A stretch of DNA of 64,000 nt from Candidatus Aminicenantes bacterium (GTDB taxonomy: Bacteria > Acidobacteriota > Aminicenantia > Aminicenantales > Saccharicenantaceae), in NCBI GenBank assembly GCA_963717865.1, contig CAVQXL010000005.1, positions 408,255 to 472,254 of the forward strand. Reading direction: 5' to 3'. Shown one piece after another: positions 20,016-30,294 of the stretch. The notes beneath the pieces are model-generated. The model did no database searches. It was not told the origin of the DNA and worked only from the letters and a program-made list of their open reading frames with translations. The stretch's first letter is position 1; each line of letters starts with the position of its first letter. Both the position numbers and the translations under genes were made by a program.

Positions 20016-20718
20016 TCAGGCTCCTTTCCTTTCTTCCCGTTCGATCACACCGTCCTTGAGGTGGATGATCCGCTGGGTCTGGTCGGCGACGTCGCGGTCG
20101 TGGGTGACGATGATGATGGTGTTCCCCCGGCCGTGGATCTTGTGGAACAGGTTGAGGATCTCCTGCCCGGTCTTGGAGTCGAGGTTCCCGGTCGGCTCGT
20201 CGGCCAGGAGGAGCGACGGGTCGTTGACCAGGGCCCGGGCGATGGCCACCCGCTGTCGCTCGCCGCCCGAAAGCTCGGAGGGCTTGTGGTGCATACGGTC
20301 CTTCATCTCCACCATCTCGAGGGCGCGGCGGGCCCTGTCCTCGCGTTCCGTCTTGCGGGAGCCGGCGTAGATCATCGGCAGCTCGACGTTCCGGAAGGCG
20401 GTGGCGCGCGGCAGGAGGTTGAAGACCTGGAAGATGAACCCGATCTCCTTGTTCCGGACGTAGGCCAGCTCGTCCTCGCCCATGGAGCTGACGAGCTTCC
20501 CGTTGAGGAAGTAGGTCCCCTCGGTCGGCGTGTCCAGACAGCCGATGAGGTTCATGAGGGTGGATTTCCCGGACCCGGACGGGCCCATGATGGCCACGAA
20601 CTCGTTGCGGCATGATGGCGAAGGAGACGCCGCGGAGCGCCCGGACCTCCTGGTGTTCGAGCTGATAGGTCTTGGTGAGGTTCTCGACCTGGATCACCGC
20701 GCCGTTTCCGGGGGCCAT
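20016..20718 (-). pseudogene. ABC transporter ATP-binding protein, MacB/LolD/FtsE-type NBD only, one frame break
   Basis: N-terminus is in ORF 19789..20718 ([21 protein letters not shown]) and the rest in ORF 20016..20597. Motifs: Walker [11 protein letters not shown]-loop FIFQ, signature [15 protein letters not shown], Walker [13 protein letters not shown]. An extra base lies at ~20607. Confidence 0.85.
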
Positions 20719-20719
20719 G

Positions 20720-21961
20720 TCACTTCGCCTTCTTCTCGTCGCTCTTGATCAGGATCCCGTCCTTGAGCTCCCTCAGGGCGTTGTAGGGGCCGGTCACGAT
20801 CTCCTGGCCCTCCTTGAGCCCGGAGACGATCTCGATGTTCATGCCGCCGGCGATGCCCTTCGTGACCGGCTGGAACTTGACCCGCCCGTTCTCGACCGCA
20901 TAGACGCCTTCTTCTTCCCCGTCTTCCTTCTTGGGAGCGGCCGCGTCCTTGCCCTCGGCGGGCTTTTCCCTCAGGACGAGCGCGGAGATGGGGACGGCCA
21001 GGACCCCCTTCTTTTCGGCGGTGACGATGTCCGCCGAGGCCGACAGGCCCGGCTTCAGCTTGTGGGCCGGGTCGTCCAGGGTGACCACGACTTTGAAGTC
21101 CTTGGATTCCTGGGTCGTGGCTGTGGTCTTCTGCAGGGCTGAGCTGCCGATCTCGGTCACCCGGCCCTTGAAGACGGTGTCGGGGTAGGCGTCGACGCGG
21201 ACGTTGGCCGACTGGCCCAGGGTGACGCCGACGACGTCGGTCTCGTCCACTTCGACCTCGACCTCCATGACGGACAGGTCGGCGATGGTCAGGAGGACCG
21301 TGCCGGGATTGTTCATGGTCCCGATGATGGCCATCTCGCCCTCCTCCACCCGGAGGCTGGTGATCATGCCGTCGATGGGGGAGACGAAGGTGGTCTTGTT
21401 CAGGTTGTCCATTGTGCTCTTGAGGGACGCCTCGGCGTTCTCGATCTGCGACTTGATGGCCCGAACCTGGGCGACCGCGACGTCGTACTGGAGCTTGGAC
21501 GTCTCCAGCTGGTCGTTGGAGATGAGCTGTTCGTCGAAGAGCTTCTGCTGGCGGTCGTAGGCGTTCTTTTCCTTCCGCAGGCGCGCCTCCTCCTGGATGA
21601 GCTGGGCCCTGTAGGACCGGATGGACGCCCGATTTCCCTCGGCGAGCGCCTCGTACTGGGTCGGGTCGAGCTTCAGGAGGAAGTCCCCCGCCTTGACGAT
21701 GTCGCCCTCCTCGACGCCGATCTTGATGATCCGGCCGGGGACGAGGGCGCTGATCTCGACGTTCTTCTTCGGCTTGACCTCGCCGGAGGCGGAGACGATC
21801 GACGTCAGGTCGGTCGTCCCGACCTTGGCGACCGTCACCTTGACGGTCTTTTCCCTCTGGGACCTCAGGTTGAAGACGACGATGAGGGCGATGACGAGGA
21901 CGACGCCCAGGACGATGAGCGTCCGTTTGCGTCGGCTCCAGAAACTCCTGTTCTCGGCCAT
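20720..21961 (-). CDS. HlyD/MacA-type periplasmic membrane-fusion protein
   Basis: Listed ORF 20720..22003. The likely start is ATG 21961 (MAENRSFWSRRKRTLIVLGVVLV, TM anchor). It has barrel-sandwich/lipoyl motifs (VEISALVPGRIIKIGVEEGDIVKAGDFLLKLDP), a long coiled-coil and a C-terminal beta-barrel. Confidence 0.8.
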   Translation of the reverse strand: MAENRSFWSRRKRTLIVLGVVLVIALIVVFNLRSQREKTVKVTVAKVGTTDLTSIVSASGEVKPKKNVEISALVPGRIIKIGVEEGDIVKAGDFLLKLDPTQYEALAEGNRASIRSYRAQLIQEEARLRKEKNAYDRQQKLFDEQLISNDQLETSKLQYDVAVAQVRAIKSQIENAEASLKSTMDNLNKTTFVSPIDGMITSLRVEEGEMAIIGTMNNPGTVLLTIADLSVMEVEVEVDETDVVGVTLGQSANVRVDAYPDTVFKGRVTEIGSSALQKTTATTQESKDFKVVVTLDDPAHKLKPGLSASADIVTAEKKGVLAVPISALVLREKPAEGKDAAAPKKEDGEEEGVYAVENGRVKFQPVTKGIAGGMNIEIVSGLKEGQEIVTGPYNALRELKDGILIKSDEKKAK

Positions 21962-22083
21962 GGTCGGGGTCCTTCCAATCCGGAATCGCATAATAATGAA
22001 CATTGTATATTACGTGCCTGCCGAAGAAAAGTTTTTCGGCCTCAGGTCCCGGGAGGCCCGGCGGGGATCCCGGGAGGGACAGG

Positions 22084-22112
22084 TTGCCACGGTCCTCCCA
22101 AGTTGATAAGAT
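22084..22112 (+). promoter_or_regulatory. Sigma70-like promoter directly abutting the IMPase start codon
   Basis: TTGCCA (22084-22089), a 17-nt spacer, then TAAGAT (22107-22112). GTG 22121 lies only 9 nt downstream. Confidence 0.35.
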
Positions 22113-22120
22113 AGGGGACC

Positions 22121-22933
22121 GTGGACCCCCTTGAAACCTATCTCGAGAGCGCCAAGGCGGCCGCGCGCGAGGCCGGGCGCCTTCTCGGGGAGAATTACGG
22201 CAAGCGGGGCGAGATCACCTACAAGGGGACCGTCGACCTCGTGACCCGCTTCGACAGGGAATCCCAGGACCTGATCTTCCGGCGGCTTTCGGCCGCGTTC
22301 CCCGACCACGGCTTCCTCGCCGAGGAGGGGCTATCCCGCGCCGGCACGACCGACCTCCGCTGGATCTTCGACCCCCTGGACGGGACCACGAATTTCGCCC
22401 ACACCTTTCCCGTTTTCTGCGTCTCCATCGCTCTCGAGAGGGCGGGCTCGACCCTGCTCGGCGTCGTCTACGACCCGACCCGGGACGAGCTATTCGAGGC
22501 GGTCCGGGGCAAAGGCGCCAGGCTCAATGGCCGCCCCGTAAGGGTCTCGGGGGTCGCCGAGCTGGGGAAGGCGCTCCTGGCCACGGGTTTTCCGTACGAC
22601 GTCCGGACGAGCGGGGTGAACAACGTCCGGGAGTTCGGCGATTTCGTCCTCCGGGCCCAGGCCATCCGCCGCTGCGGCTCGGCCGCCCTGGACCTCTGCT
22701 ATGTCGCCTGCGGGCGGTTCGACGGGTTCTGGGAGCTCAAGCTCAAGCCCTGGGACGTGGCCGCGGGGGCGATCATCGTCGCGGAAGCCGGCGGCACGAT
22801 CTCGGACTTCGAGGGAGGGCCGTTCGATCCCTTTGGCGGGCAGGCCCTGGCCAGCAACGGACTCATCCACGGGGAGATGATGGACGTCCTCCGGGGGGAC
22901 ACGAAACGCGGGCCCAGCGGAGGCGCCGTTTGA
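22121..22933 (+). CDS. suhB: Inositol monophosphatase family protein (SuhB-like)
   Basis: Intact 270-aa ORF with a GTG start. Motifs: FLAEE, WIFDPLDGTTNF, and WDVAAGAIIVAEAGG. Confidence 0.85.
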   Translation: MDPLETYLESAKAAAREAGRLLGENYGKRGEITYKGTVDLVTRFDRESQDLIFRRLSAAFPDHGFLAEEGLSRAGTTDLRWIFDPLDGTTNFAHTFPVFCVSIALERAGSTLLGVVYDPTRDELFEAVRGKGARLNGRPVRVSGVAELGKALLATGFPYDVRTSGVNNVREFGDFVLRAQAIRRCGSAALDLCYVACGRFDGFWELKLKPWDVAAGAIIVAEAGGTISDFEGGPFDPFGGQALASNGLIHGEMMDVLRGDTKRGPSGGAV

Positions 22934-23000
22934 CGGGTGGGCCCGGAAGGCGTGACGCCGCGGGCTTCTGCCCGCCCACAGGGGCCGGCCGGGCTGTAGC

Positions 23001-23025
23001 CGCAGGCTTCAGCCTGCGTCTTTCC
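23001..23025 (+). terminator. Intrinsic terminator candidate after the IMPase gene
   Basis: CGCAGGC-TTCA-GCCTGCG (7-bp stem, tetraloop) followed by TCTTTCC, 68 nt after the stop codon. Confidence 0.45.
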
Positions 23026-23044
23026 CGGGCGCGGCACGTGACCC

Positions 23045-23536
23045 TTGCCCTTCTCCCATTCATCTTGTTTTCCGTCGTTAGCTCCGCTTCGGGAGCTCCG
23101 GGATGCCGGACCCCAGGACCTCGTCCCCATCAAGGAGCTCGTCATCCCGGGGAACGCGGGCTGGGTGGACACGGGCATCGACGTCGAGGAGGGGGACGAG
23201 TTCTTCTTCAGGGGCGAGGGCGAGATCTCGCTTCAGAAGGGGAATCCCGAGGCCGCCTGCGGGCCCGACGGAGCCGACATCCAGGGGCTCCAACAGCCCG
23301 TACCCGACCGAAACCTCGGCGGCCTGGCCGGGAAGGTCGGCTGGGTCCTGTCCGTCCGGACCGACGAGAAGACGCGCGAAGAGGTCCGGGACGAGCTCGT
23401 CCGGTACTTTTTCATCGGGCACGAGCAGGCCGTGGCCATGCCCATGCGAGGCCGGCTCTATATCGGGGTCAACGAGAACGTCGTCAGGGACAACGACGGC
23501 GAGTTCCGGGTGACGATCTTCAGGAGCGCATCCTGA
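23045..23536 (+). CDS. PA-IL/LecA-like beta-sandwich protein (hypothetical, probably secreted)
   Basis: ..VIPGNAGWVDTGIDVEEGDEFFFRGEGEISL..GPDG..LGGLAGKVG..LYIGVNENVVRDNDGEFRVTIF follows the pattern I associate with PA-IL-like domains. A plausible signal peptide (GTG 23038: VTLALLPFILFSVVSSASGAP) sits in the neighbouring frame. One more 1-nt insertion near 23101 is therefore possible. Confidence 0.5.
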   Translation: MPFSHSSCFPSLAPLRELRDAGPQDLVPIKELVIPGNAGWVDTGIDVEEGDEFFFRGEGEISLQKGNPEAACGPDGADIQGLQQPVPDRNLGGLAGKVGWVLSVRTDEKTREEVRDELVRYFFIGHEQAVAMPMRGRLYIGVNENVVRDNDGEFRVTIFRSAS

Positions 23537-23622
23537 AGGCGCTCAAGTTCTTATCGCAGTTTCCTGCGCGGTCTATCTCAGGCTGACAGGCTGATGGCCC
23601 ATTTCCGGAAAGGAGAAAGCGG

Positions 23623-25560
23623 ATGAAGAAGCAGGCTATTGGGGTCTTCCTTGTCCTCGTTATTACCTTGTTCCCGGTCCTATCCGTGGCCCAAGAAAAG
23701 ACCGATCCCCAGGGTCCGACCGACCCCGCGGAGATGGAGGCTTTTCTCGATGGGATCATGGCGGTCCAATTGGAGGCCAACCATGTAGCGGGGGCGGTGA
23801 TCGCCGTGGTCAAGGACGGGAAGCTCTTTTTCGCCAAAGGCTACGGGTATGCCGACGTCAAGAATGGGAAGCCGGTGATCGCGGACCGGACCCTGTTCCG
23901 CCCGGGATCCGTATCGAAGCTCCTGACCTGGACCGCGGTGATGCAGCTTTACGAGCAGGGCAGGATAGACCTCGACGCCGACGTCAATGTCTACCTCAAG
24001 GATTTCAGGATCCCTGCGACCTATCCCCAGCCCGTCACCATGAAGCACCTCCTGGCCCATACGGCGGGCTTCGAAGAAAGGGTCGCCGGGGCGCTGGTGA
24101 AGGAGGCCGCGAAGATCCTATCGTTGCACGATTACCTGGCGACACATATGCCGGCCCGGGTCCGTCCCCCGGGAACCTTCACGTCCTACTCGAATTATGG
24201 GACCGCCCTGGCCGGATATATCGTCGAGGTCGTTTCTGGGATCCCTTTCGAAACTTATATCGAGCGAAACATTTTCGAGCCCCTCGGCATGCGGAACAGC
24301 AGTTTCCGGCAACCCCTGCCGGCCGCTTTCCTCCCCGATATGTCCGTGGGATACACTTACGAAGATGGCGTGTTCCGGCCGCATGAATTCGAGTTCGGCA
24401 ACGGCTGGGCGCCGGCGGGGGGGCTGAGCTCGAGCGCCATGGACATGGCAAAATTCATGATCGCCCATCTCCAGGACGGCCGCTATGAGGACCGCCGGAT
24501 CCTCAAGGAGGAGACCTCCGAATTCATGCATTCCCGGCTGTTCGGTCATGATCCGCGCGTTCCGGGAAACGCCCACGGTTTCTGGGAGTTCGACTTCAAC
24601 GGACTGCGCGTCATCGAGCACGGGGGGGACACGATCTTGTTCCATTCCCAGCTGGTCCTGATCCCCGGAAAGAACGTGGGCTGGTTCGTTTCCTGCAACA
24701 GTCCGAACGGGAACACCCGGGAGCGGCTCTTCGAGGCTCTGCTCGACCGGTATTATCCGGCCGATGCTTCTCCGGCCGGCATCAAGCCTGCGCCGCGGGG
24801 GCAGGGCTCCTCGAGCCGGGTTTCCGGCATCTACAGCTCCGCCAGGCGCGGCTATAGGACCTATGAAAAACTCGCCATCCTTCTGGCGTCGACCAGGATC
24901 TCGGCCGCGGAGGACGGCGCGCTCTTGCTGAAGGACGAGACGCTCGTGCTCCCCGATCTCGGCGGGGGCGAGGTCCGGCGCTATGCGGAGGTGGAGCCGC
25001 TCGTATTTCAAAAGGTTGGCGGACAGGACAAGATCGTCTTCAAGGAGAACGAACGGGGCGAGATCGCCTATGCGTTCGAAGGAAAGGATCCGACCGTTTT
25101 CCTGGTCAAGCTGAAATGGTACCAGACGCCCCTCTTCCATCGATGGCTGGCAAGCGTTTGTCTCTTCCTGTTCCTGACGGCTGTCCCGGGCTGGCCGCTC
25201 GCGGCCCTGTTCCGCGCGATTTGCAAGCGCAGGATCGAAGGGACCCGTTCTCCCCGCGCCGCGCGCTGGCTTGCCGGAGGGATGAGCGGGTTATTGATCC
25301 TGACCGCCCTGGGCGTCGCGGGCGCCCTGAGCCGCTATGACGAATTGTTTCTGGGCGTGCCGCCCCTTCTCAAGATCTGCCAGGTCCTGCCGATCCTGGC
25401 CGCGGTCCTGGGCGCGGTAGCGCTCCTATTCGCCTTCAGGGCCTGGAAGCGACGATATTGGATGCCCTGTCAACGGCTCCACTACACCCTTGTCGTTCTG
25501 GCTGCGCTCGCCTTTTTCTGGTTCCTGAATTTCTGGAACCTCATCGGCTGGCGTTACTGA
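23623..25560 (+). CDS. Beta-lactamase-fold serine hydrolase with C-terminal four-helix membrane domain
   Basis: Intact 645-aa ORF with an AGGAGA RBS and a signal peptide. SxxK motif GSVSK. The last ~140 aa contain four hydrophobic helices. Confidence 0.85.
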   Translation: MKKQAIGVFLVLVITLFPVLSVAQEKTDPQGPTDPAEMEAFLDGIMAVQLEANHVAGAVIAVVKDGKLFFAKGYGYADVKNGKPVIADRTLFRPGSVSKLLTWTAVMQLYEQGRIDLDADVNVYLKDFRIPATYPQPVTMKHLLAHTAGFEERVAGALVKEAAKILSLHDYLATHMPARVRPPGTFTSYSNYGTALAGYIVEVVSGIPFETYIERNIFEPLGMRNSSFRQPLPAAFLPDMSVGYTYEDGVFRPHEFEFGNGWAPAGGLSSSAMDMAKFMIAHLQDGRYEDRRILKEETSEFMHSRLFGHDPRVPGNAHGFWEFDFNGLRVIEHGGDTILFHSQLVLIPGKNVGWFVSCNSPNGNTRERLFEALLDRYYPADASPAGIKPAPRGQGSSSRVSGIYSSARRGYRTYEKLAILLASTRISAAEDGALLLKDETLVLPDLGGGEVRRYAEVEPLVFQKVGGQDKIVFKENERGEIAYAFEGKDPTVFLVKLKWYQTPLFHRWLASVCLFLFLTAVPGWPLAALFRAICKRRIEGTRSPRAARWLAGGMSGLLILTALGVAGALSRYDELFLGVPPLLKICQVLPILAAVLGAVALLFAFRAWKRRYWMPCQRLHYTLVVLAALAFFWFLNFWNLIGWRY

Positions 25561-25608
25561 GGCCCACCGGAGGCCTGAGGTCTCCAAGAAAGCGCGCCCA
25601 AGGCGCTT

Positions 25609-26961
<1,353 letters not shown>

Positions 26962-26965
26962 GGCT

Positions 26966-27481
26966 TCAGGCGGACGTCCGGATGGAGAACAGCTTCTGGC
27001 CGTATTCGACGGGCTTCCCGTTCTCGACGTAGATGGCCGTGACGACGCCGTCGGCGTCGGATTCGATCTCGTTCATCAGCTTCATGGCCTCGATGATGCA
27101 GAGGGTCTGCCCCTTCTTCACGGGCTCGCCGATCTCGACGAACGGGTCGGCGTTCGGGGCGGGGGCCCGGTAGAAGGTCCCGACCATGGGGGAGGTGACG
27201 TCCCGGACGTCCTTGTCCGCCGCCGGCGAGGGGGCGGGCTCCGGCGCGGCGGAGGCTCCGTGGGCCGGCGGATTGGCCGGCGCCGCGGCGGCCTGGTGGT
27301 AAACGGGCGCTCCGGGGACGGTCCGCCCTATTTTGATCTTGAAGCCTTCGACCTCGAGCTCGAAGAGGGACAGGTTCTTCTCCTCGAGCAGGGCGATGAG
27401 CTTCTTGATCTCCGGGTAGTCGATCTTCGAGGCCATCGCTCCCTCTCCGGGGGTCTCCGGCGGGTTGTTGAGCTTGTTCAT
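26966..27481 (-). CDS. accB: Acetyl-CoA carboxylase biotin carboxyl carrier protein
   Basis: Intact 171-aa ORF with an Ala/Pro-rich linker. Biotinyl-lysine motif EAMKLMNEIE. It lies 4 nt upstream of accC. Confidence 0.9.
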   Translation of the reverse strand: MNKLNNPPETPGEGAMASKIDYPEIKKLIALLEEKNLSLFELEVEGFKIKIGRTVPGAPVYHQAAAAPANPPAHGASAAPEPAPSPAADKDVRDVTSPMVGTFYRAPAPNADPFVEIGEPVKKGQTLCIIEAMKLMNEIESDADGVVTAIYVENGKPVEYGQKLFSIRTSA

Positions 27482-27514
27482 TTTGCTGTACCGTTCCTCG
27501 GAAAAAGTAGTTCT

Positions 27515-27543
27515 ACCTTAAACGGAAGGGGGGCAAAAGTCAA
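27515..27543 (-). promoter_or_regulatory. Sigma70-like promoter for accB-accC
   Basis: On the minus strand: TTGACT (27543-27538), a 17-nt spacer, then TAAGGT (27520-27515), about 33 nt upstream of ATG 27481. Confidence 0.4.
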
Positions 27544-27579
27544 GCCAGCTGGGCGCCGGGAAGGGAGGGGCCGGTGTCC

Positions 27580-28710
27580 CTATTTTGGGCCGCGGACGGT
27601 GGCCGGGCGGCTTTCCCGGCCGGATTCGTCCACCGAGGTGACCCGGTAGGTGAACGCCGTGCCGCTCCTCAGCCCCCGGTCGTCGTAGCCGTTCGAGGAG
27701 GCGTCGACCTCGGCCAGGAGGCCGAAGGTCGCGTCGGGGTCGAAGGTCACCTTCCGGTAGATCTTGTACCGGAGGATGCGGGCGAGATTCTCGGGGTTGG
27801 GTTCCCATGACAGGCGGTTGATGTATTCCTTGAAGAAGATCAGGTCGTTGACCAGGCGCTCGAGCTCGACCTGGGCGGGCGGGAAGACCCCATAGGCGAA
27901 GGCGATCGTGCGGACCGTCGCGATCCCCCAGGGGATTCCGGCCGCGGCGGGCCTGAATTCGAACCAGTGGAGCTCCGTGTCCCAGCCGGTATAACAGCCG
28001 TAGTAGTCGACGCCCGCGTCCGAAACGAGCCCGGCGACCGCGACGAAGCGGTCCCCGATCCCGTCACCGTCCGGGTCCACGGCGAAGACCAGCGGGCGGC
28101 CGCTCGCGAGCTCATGCCTGATGGTCGTCAGGGTGAGCTCCGTCGAAGGGAAGGCGTCGGTGATGACGATATAGCGATCTCCGGCAATGATGAACGCCTC
28201 GATGCCGGGCCCGAGGTCGGCGTCCTTGGTCCAGCCGTAGTAATTGCCGTTAAGGCTGCGGGACGTCAGAAAATAGTCGGCCAGGCAGTTGTCGGCGTGG
28301 CGTTCCTCGGGCAGCAGCTCGGACTTGTCCGGAAGGAGGTCGGGCGGGGCGTCCAGGGGGAGGGCATAGTCGTTAAAATGCTCCTCGGACGCGATGACCA
28401 GGTTGACCTGGTCGTTCTGGACGGACGCGTCCCCGGGGAACAGGAAGGGGAACCCGTGACCGTCGTGGTAGGCGAAGACCATGCCCACGGCCGTCGGCGC
28501 ACTGCCGTGCCGCTCGAGATAGGCGGGGAGCCCGACGATCGTGGCGTCCAGGAGCATGACGGGATCGAAGACCCGGCCCTTCCGGTCGATGCCGTCCGGG
28601 GGTTGGGGCCCGAGGGACGATCCTCCGGTCCGGCCCGTGACAGGCGAGGCGGCGAGGAACAGGAGGGACGCCATCCCGACGGCGAACGCGGCCCCTGACT
28701 TATGACGCAT
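27580..28710 (-). CDS. Secreted hypothetical protein with C-terminal Fn3-like domain
   Basis: Listed ORF 27580..29004. The realistic start is ATG 28710 (MRHKSGAAFAVGMASLLFLAASPVTG signal peptide). I could not assign the N-terminal ~270 aa to a family. The last ~95 aa align with the C-terminus of the S8 protease (EYIN.LSW..P.N....YKIY....LLAEV...Y......Y.......GRE..PA.V). Confidence 0.5.
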   Translation of the reverse strand: MRHKSGAAFAVGMASLLFLAASPVTGRTGGSSLGPQPPDGIDRKGRVFDPVMLLDATIVGLPAYLERHGSAPTAVGMVFAYHDGHGFPFLFPGDASVQNDQVNLVIASEEHFNDYALPLDAPPDLLPDKSELLPEERHADNCLADYFLTSRSLNGNYYGWTKDADLGPGIEAFIIAGDRYIVITDAFPSTELTLTTIRHELASGRPLVFAVDPDGDGIGDRFVAVAGLVSDAGVDYYGCYTGWDTELHWFEFRPAAAGIPWGIATVRTIAFAYGVFPPAQVELERLVNDLIFFKEYINRLSWEPNPENLARILRYKIYRKVTFDPDATFGLLAEVDASSNGYDDRGLRSGTAFTYRVTSVDESGRESRPATVRGPK

Positions 28711-28769
28711 CTTGGATATTATACAACGAACACGCTGGGCTGGCGAGGCTGTCGAGACCGGAGCAACCA

Positions 28770-28803
28770 GTCTCGCGAGTCTCGCTTGTCTCGCCCGTCT
28801 CGC
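28770..28803 (+). repeat. Four direct GTCTCGC heptamers with exact 9-bp phasing
   Basis: GTCTCGC occurs at 28770, 28779, 28788 and 28797, separated by GA/TT/CC. An inverted related copy GTCGAGAC lies at 28751-28758. The array ends 6 nt before the -35 of the ffh promoter. Confidence 0.8.
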
Positions 28804-28809
28804 TGATAT

Positions 28810-28838
28810 TTGACGGCTCCCGGATAATGCCCTAAGAT
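28810..28838 (+). promoter_or_regulatory. Sigma70-like promoter for ffh
   Basis: TTGACG (28810-28815), a 17-nt spacer, then TAAGAT (28833-28838), 35 nt upstream of ATG 28874. Confidence 0.4.
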
Positions 28839-28873
28839 GTTGAGGATGAACATGAAAGCGAGGGCCGCCGCCG

Positions 28874-30203
28874 ATGTTTGACCAGCTTTCCGGCCGCCTC
28901 GAGAAGATGATGAAGTTCCTCCGGGGCGAGGGGAAGGTCACCGAAAAGAACATGGGCGAGGCCCTGAAGATGATCCGGCTGGCCTTCCTCGAGGCGGACG
29001 TCAACTACAAGGTCGTCCGGGACTTCGAGGCCCGGATCAGGGCCAAAGCCCTGGGGGAGGAGGTCCTCTCGCAGCCTGACGCCCGGCCCAGCAGGTCATC
29101 AAGATCGTCCGGGACGAGCTGACCGCCATCCTGGGCGGCGCGGACAAGCCCCTGACCTTCGCCTCGGCGCCCCCCGTCGATCTTCATGCTGGTCGGCCTC
29201 CAGGGAAGCGGCAAGACGACGACCTGCGGCAAGCTGGCCCGATGGGTCCAGGGCATCGGCAGGAACCCCCTGCTCGTCTCCTTCGACCTCAAGCGGCCGG
29301 CCGCCCAGGACCAGCTGAAGACCATCGCCGGCGTCGCTCGGACTGCCGTTCTACGAGATGACGGCCGAGCAGATGGCCAAGCCCGAGACGGGCCCTCAAG
29401 GACCTCGTCCTCTACACCCGGAACCGGGGGCTACGACCCCCTCATCGTCGATACGGCCGGCCGGCTCCACGTGGACGACGAGCTCATGGACGAGCTGAAG
29501 CTGGTCAGGGACATCCTCGACCCGGTCGAGGTCATCTACGTCGGGGACGCCATGACCGGCCAGGACGCCGTCAAGAGCGCCCAGGCCTTCGAGGAGCGGA
29601 TCGGCCTCACGTCCGTCATCCTGACCAAGCTCGACGGCGACGCCCGGGGCGGGGCGGCCCTGTCCATCGTCTCGGTCACGGGGAAGCCGATCAAGTTCGT
29701 CGGCGTCGGCGAGAAGTTCGACAAGCTCGAGGTCTTCCACCCGGACCGGATGGCCTCCCGCATCCTGGGCATGGGCGACATCCTCAGCCTGATCGAGAAG
29801 GCCGAGGAGAAGGCCGATGTCGAGGAGGCCGAGGAGATGGCCCGCAAGCTCCGCAAGCAGGAGTTCACCCTCGAGGATTTCCGGAAACAGCTCGGCCAGA
29901 TGAAGAAGATGGGGTCGCTTTCGAGCATCCTGGGCATGCTGCCCAACGGGCGGGATGTTCAAGGATCTCTCCAAGGTCCAGGTCGACGACCGGAAGGTCC
30001 TCCATTTCGAGGCCATCATCGACTCCATGACCCCGGCGGAGCGCGAGAACCCGAAGCTCCTCAACGGCAGCCGCCGCCTGCGGATCGCCAAGGGCAGCGG
30101 CCGCCCGGTCTTCGAGGTCAACCAGCTCCTCAAGCAGTTCGCGGAGATGCAGAAGATGATGAAGGGATCGAAGTTCAAGGACGCGATTTCGAAAATGCGC
30201 TGA
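28874..30203 (+). pseudogene. ffh: Signal recognition particle protein Ffh, seven frame breaks
   Basis: N domain MFDQLSGRLEKMMKFLRGEGKVTEKNM... G domain: GLQGSGKTTT, DTAGRLHVDDELM, TKLDGDARGGAALS. M domain: ..[32 protein letters not shown]... The frame advances by +1 at ~29075, 29088, 29179, 29342, 29394, ~29430 and 29951. Each break is repaired by deleting one base. Confidence 0.9.
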
Positions 30204-30294
30204 GGGGGGCCGATGGAAGGTTGCGGACAGGGCACGTTCAAGCGGGATAGATCCCCCCAACCCCCTTTTTAATGAAGAGGGAAGGAGAAACACC

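Noticed and set aside
28770-28803. Possible mini-CRISPR or tandem-repeat array.
   Set aside because: The units are 7 nt with 2-nt spacers, far too short for CRISPR. There are no cas genes. I kept it as a regulatory-repeat finding instead.
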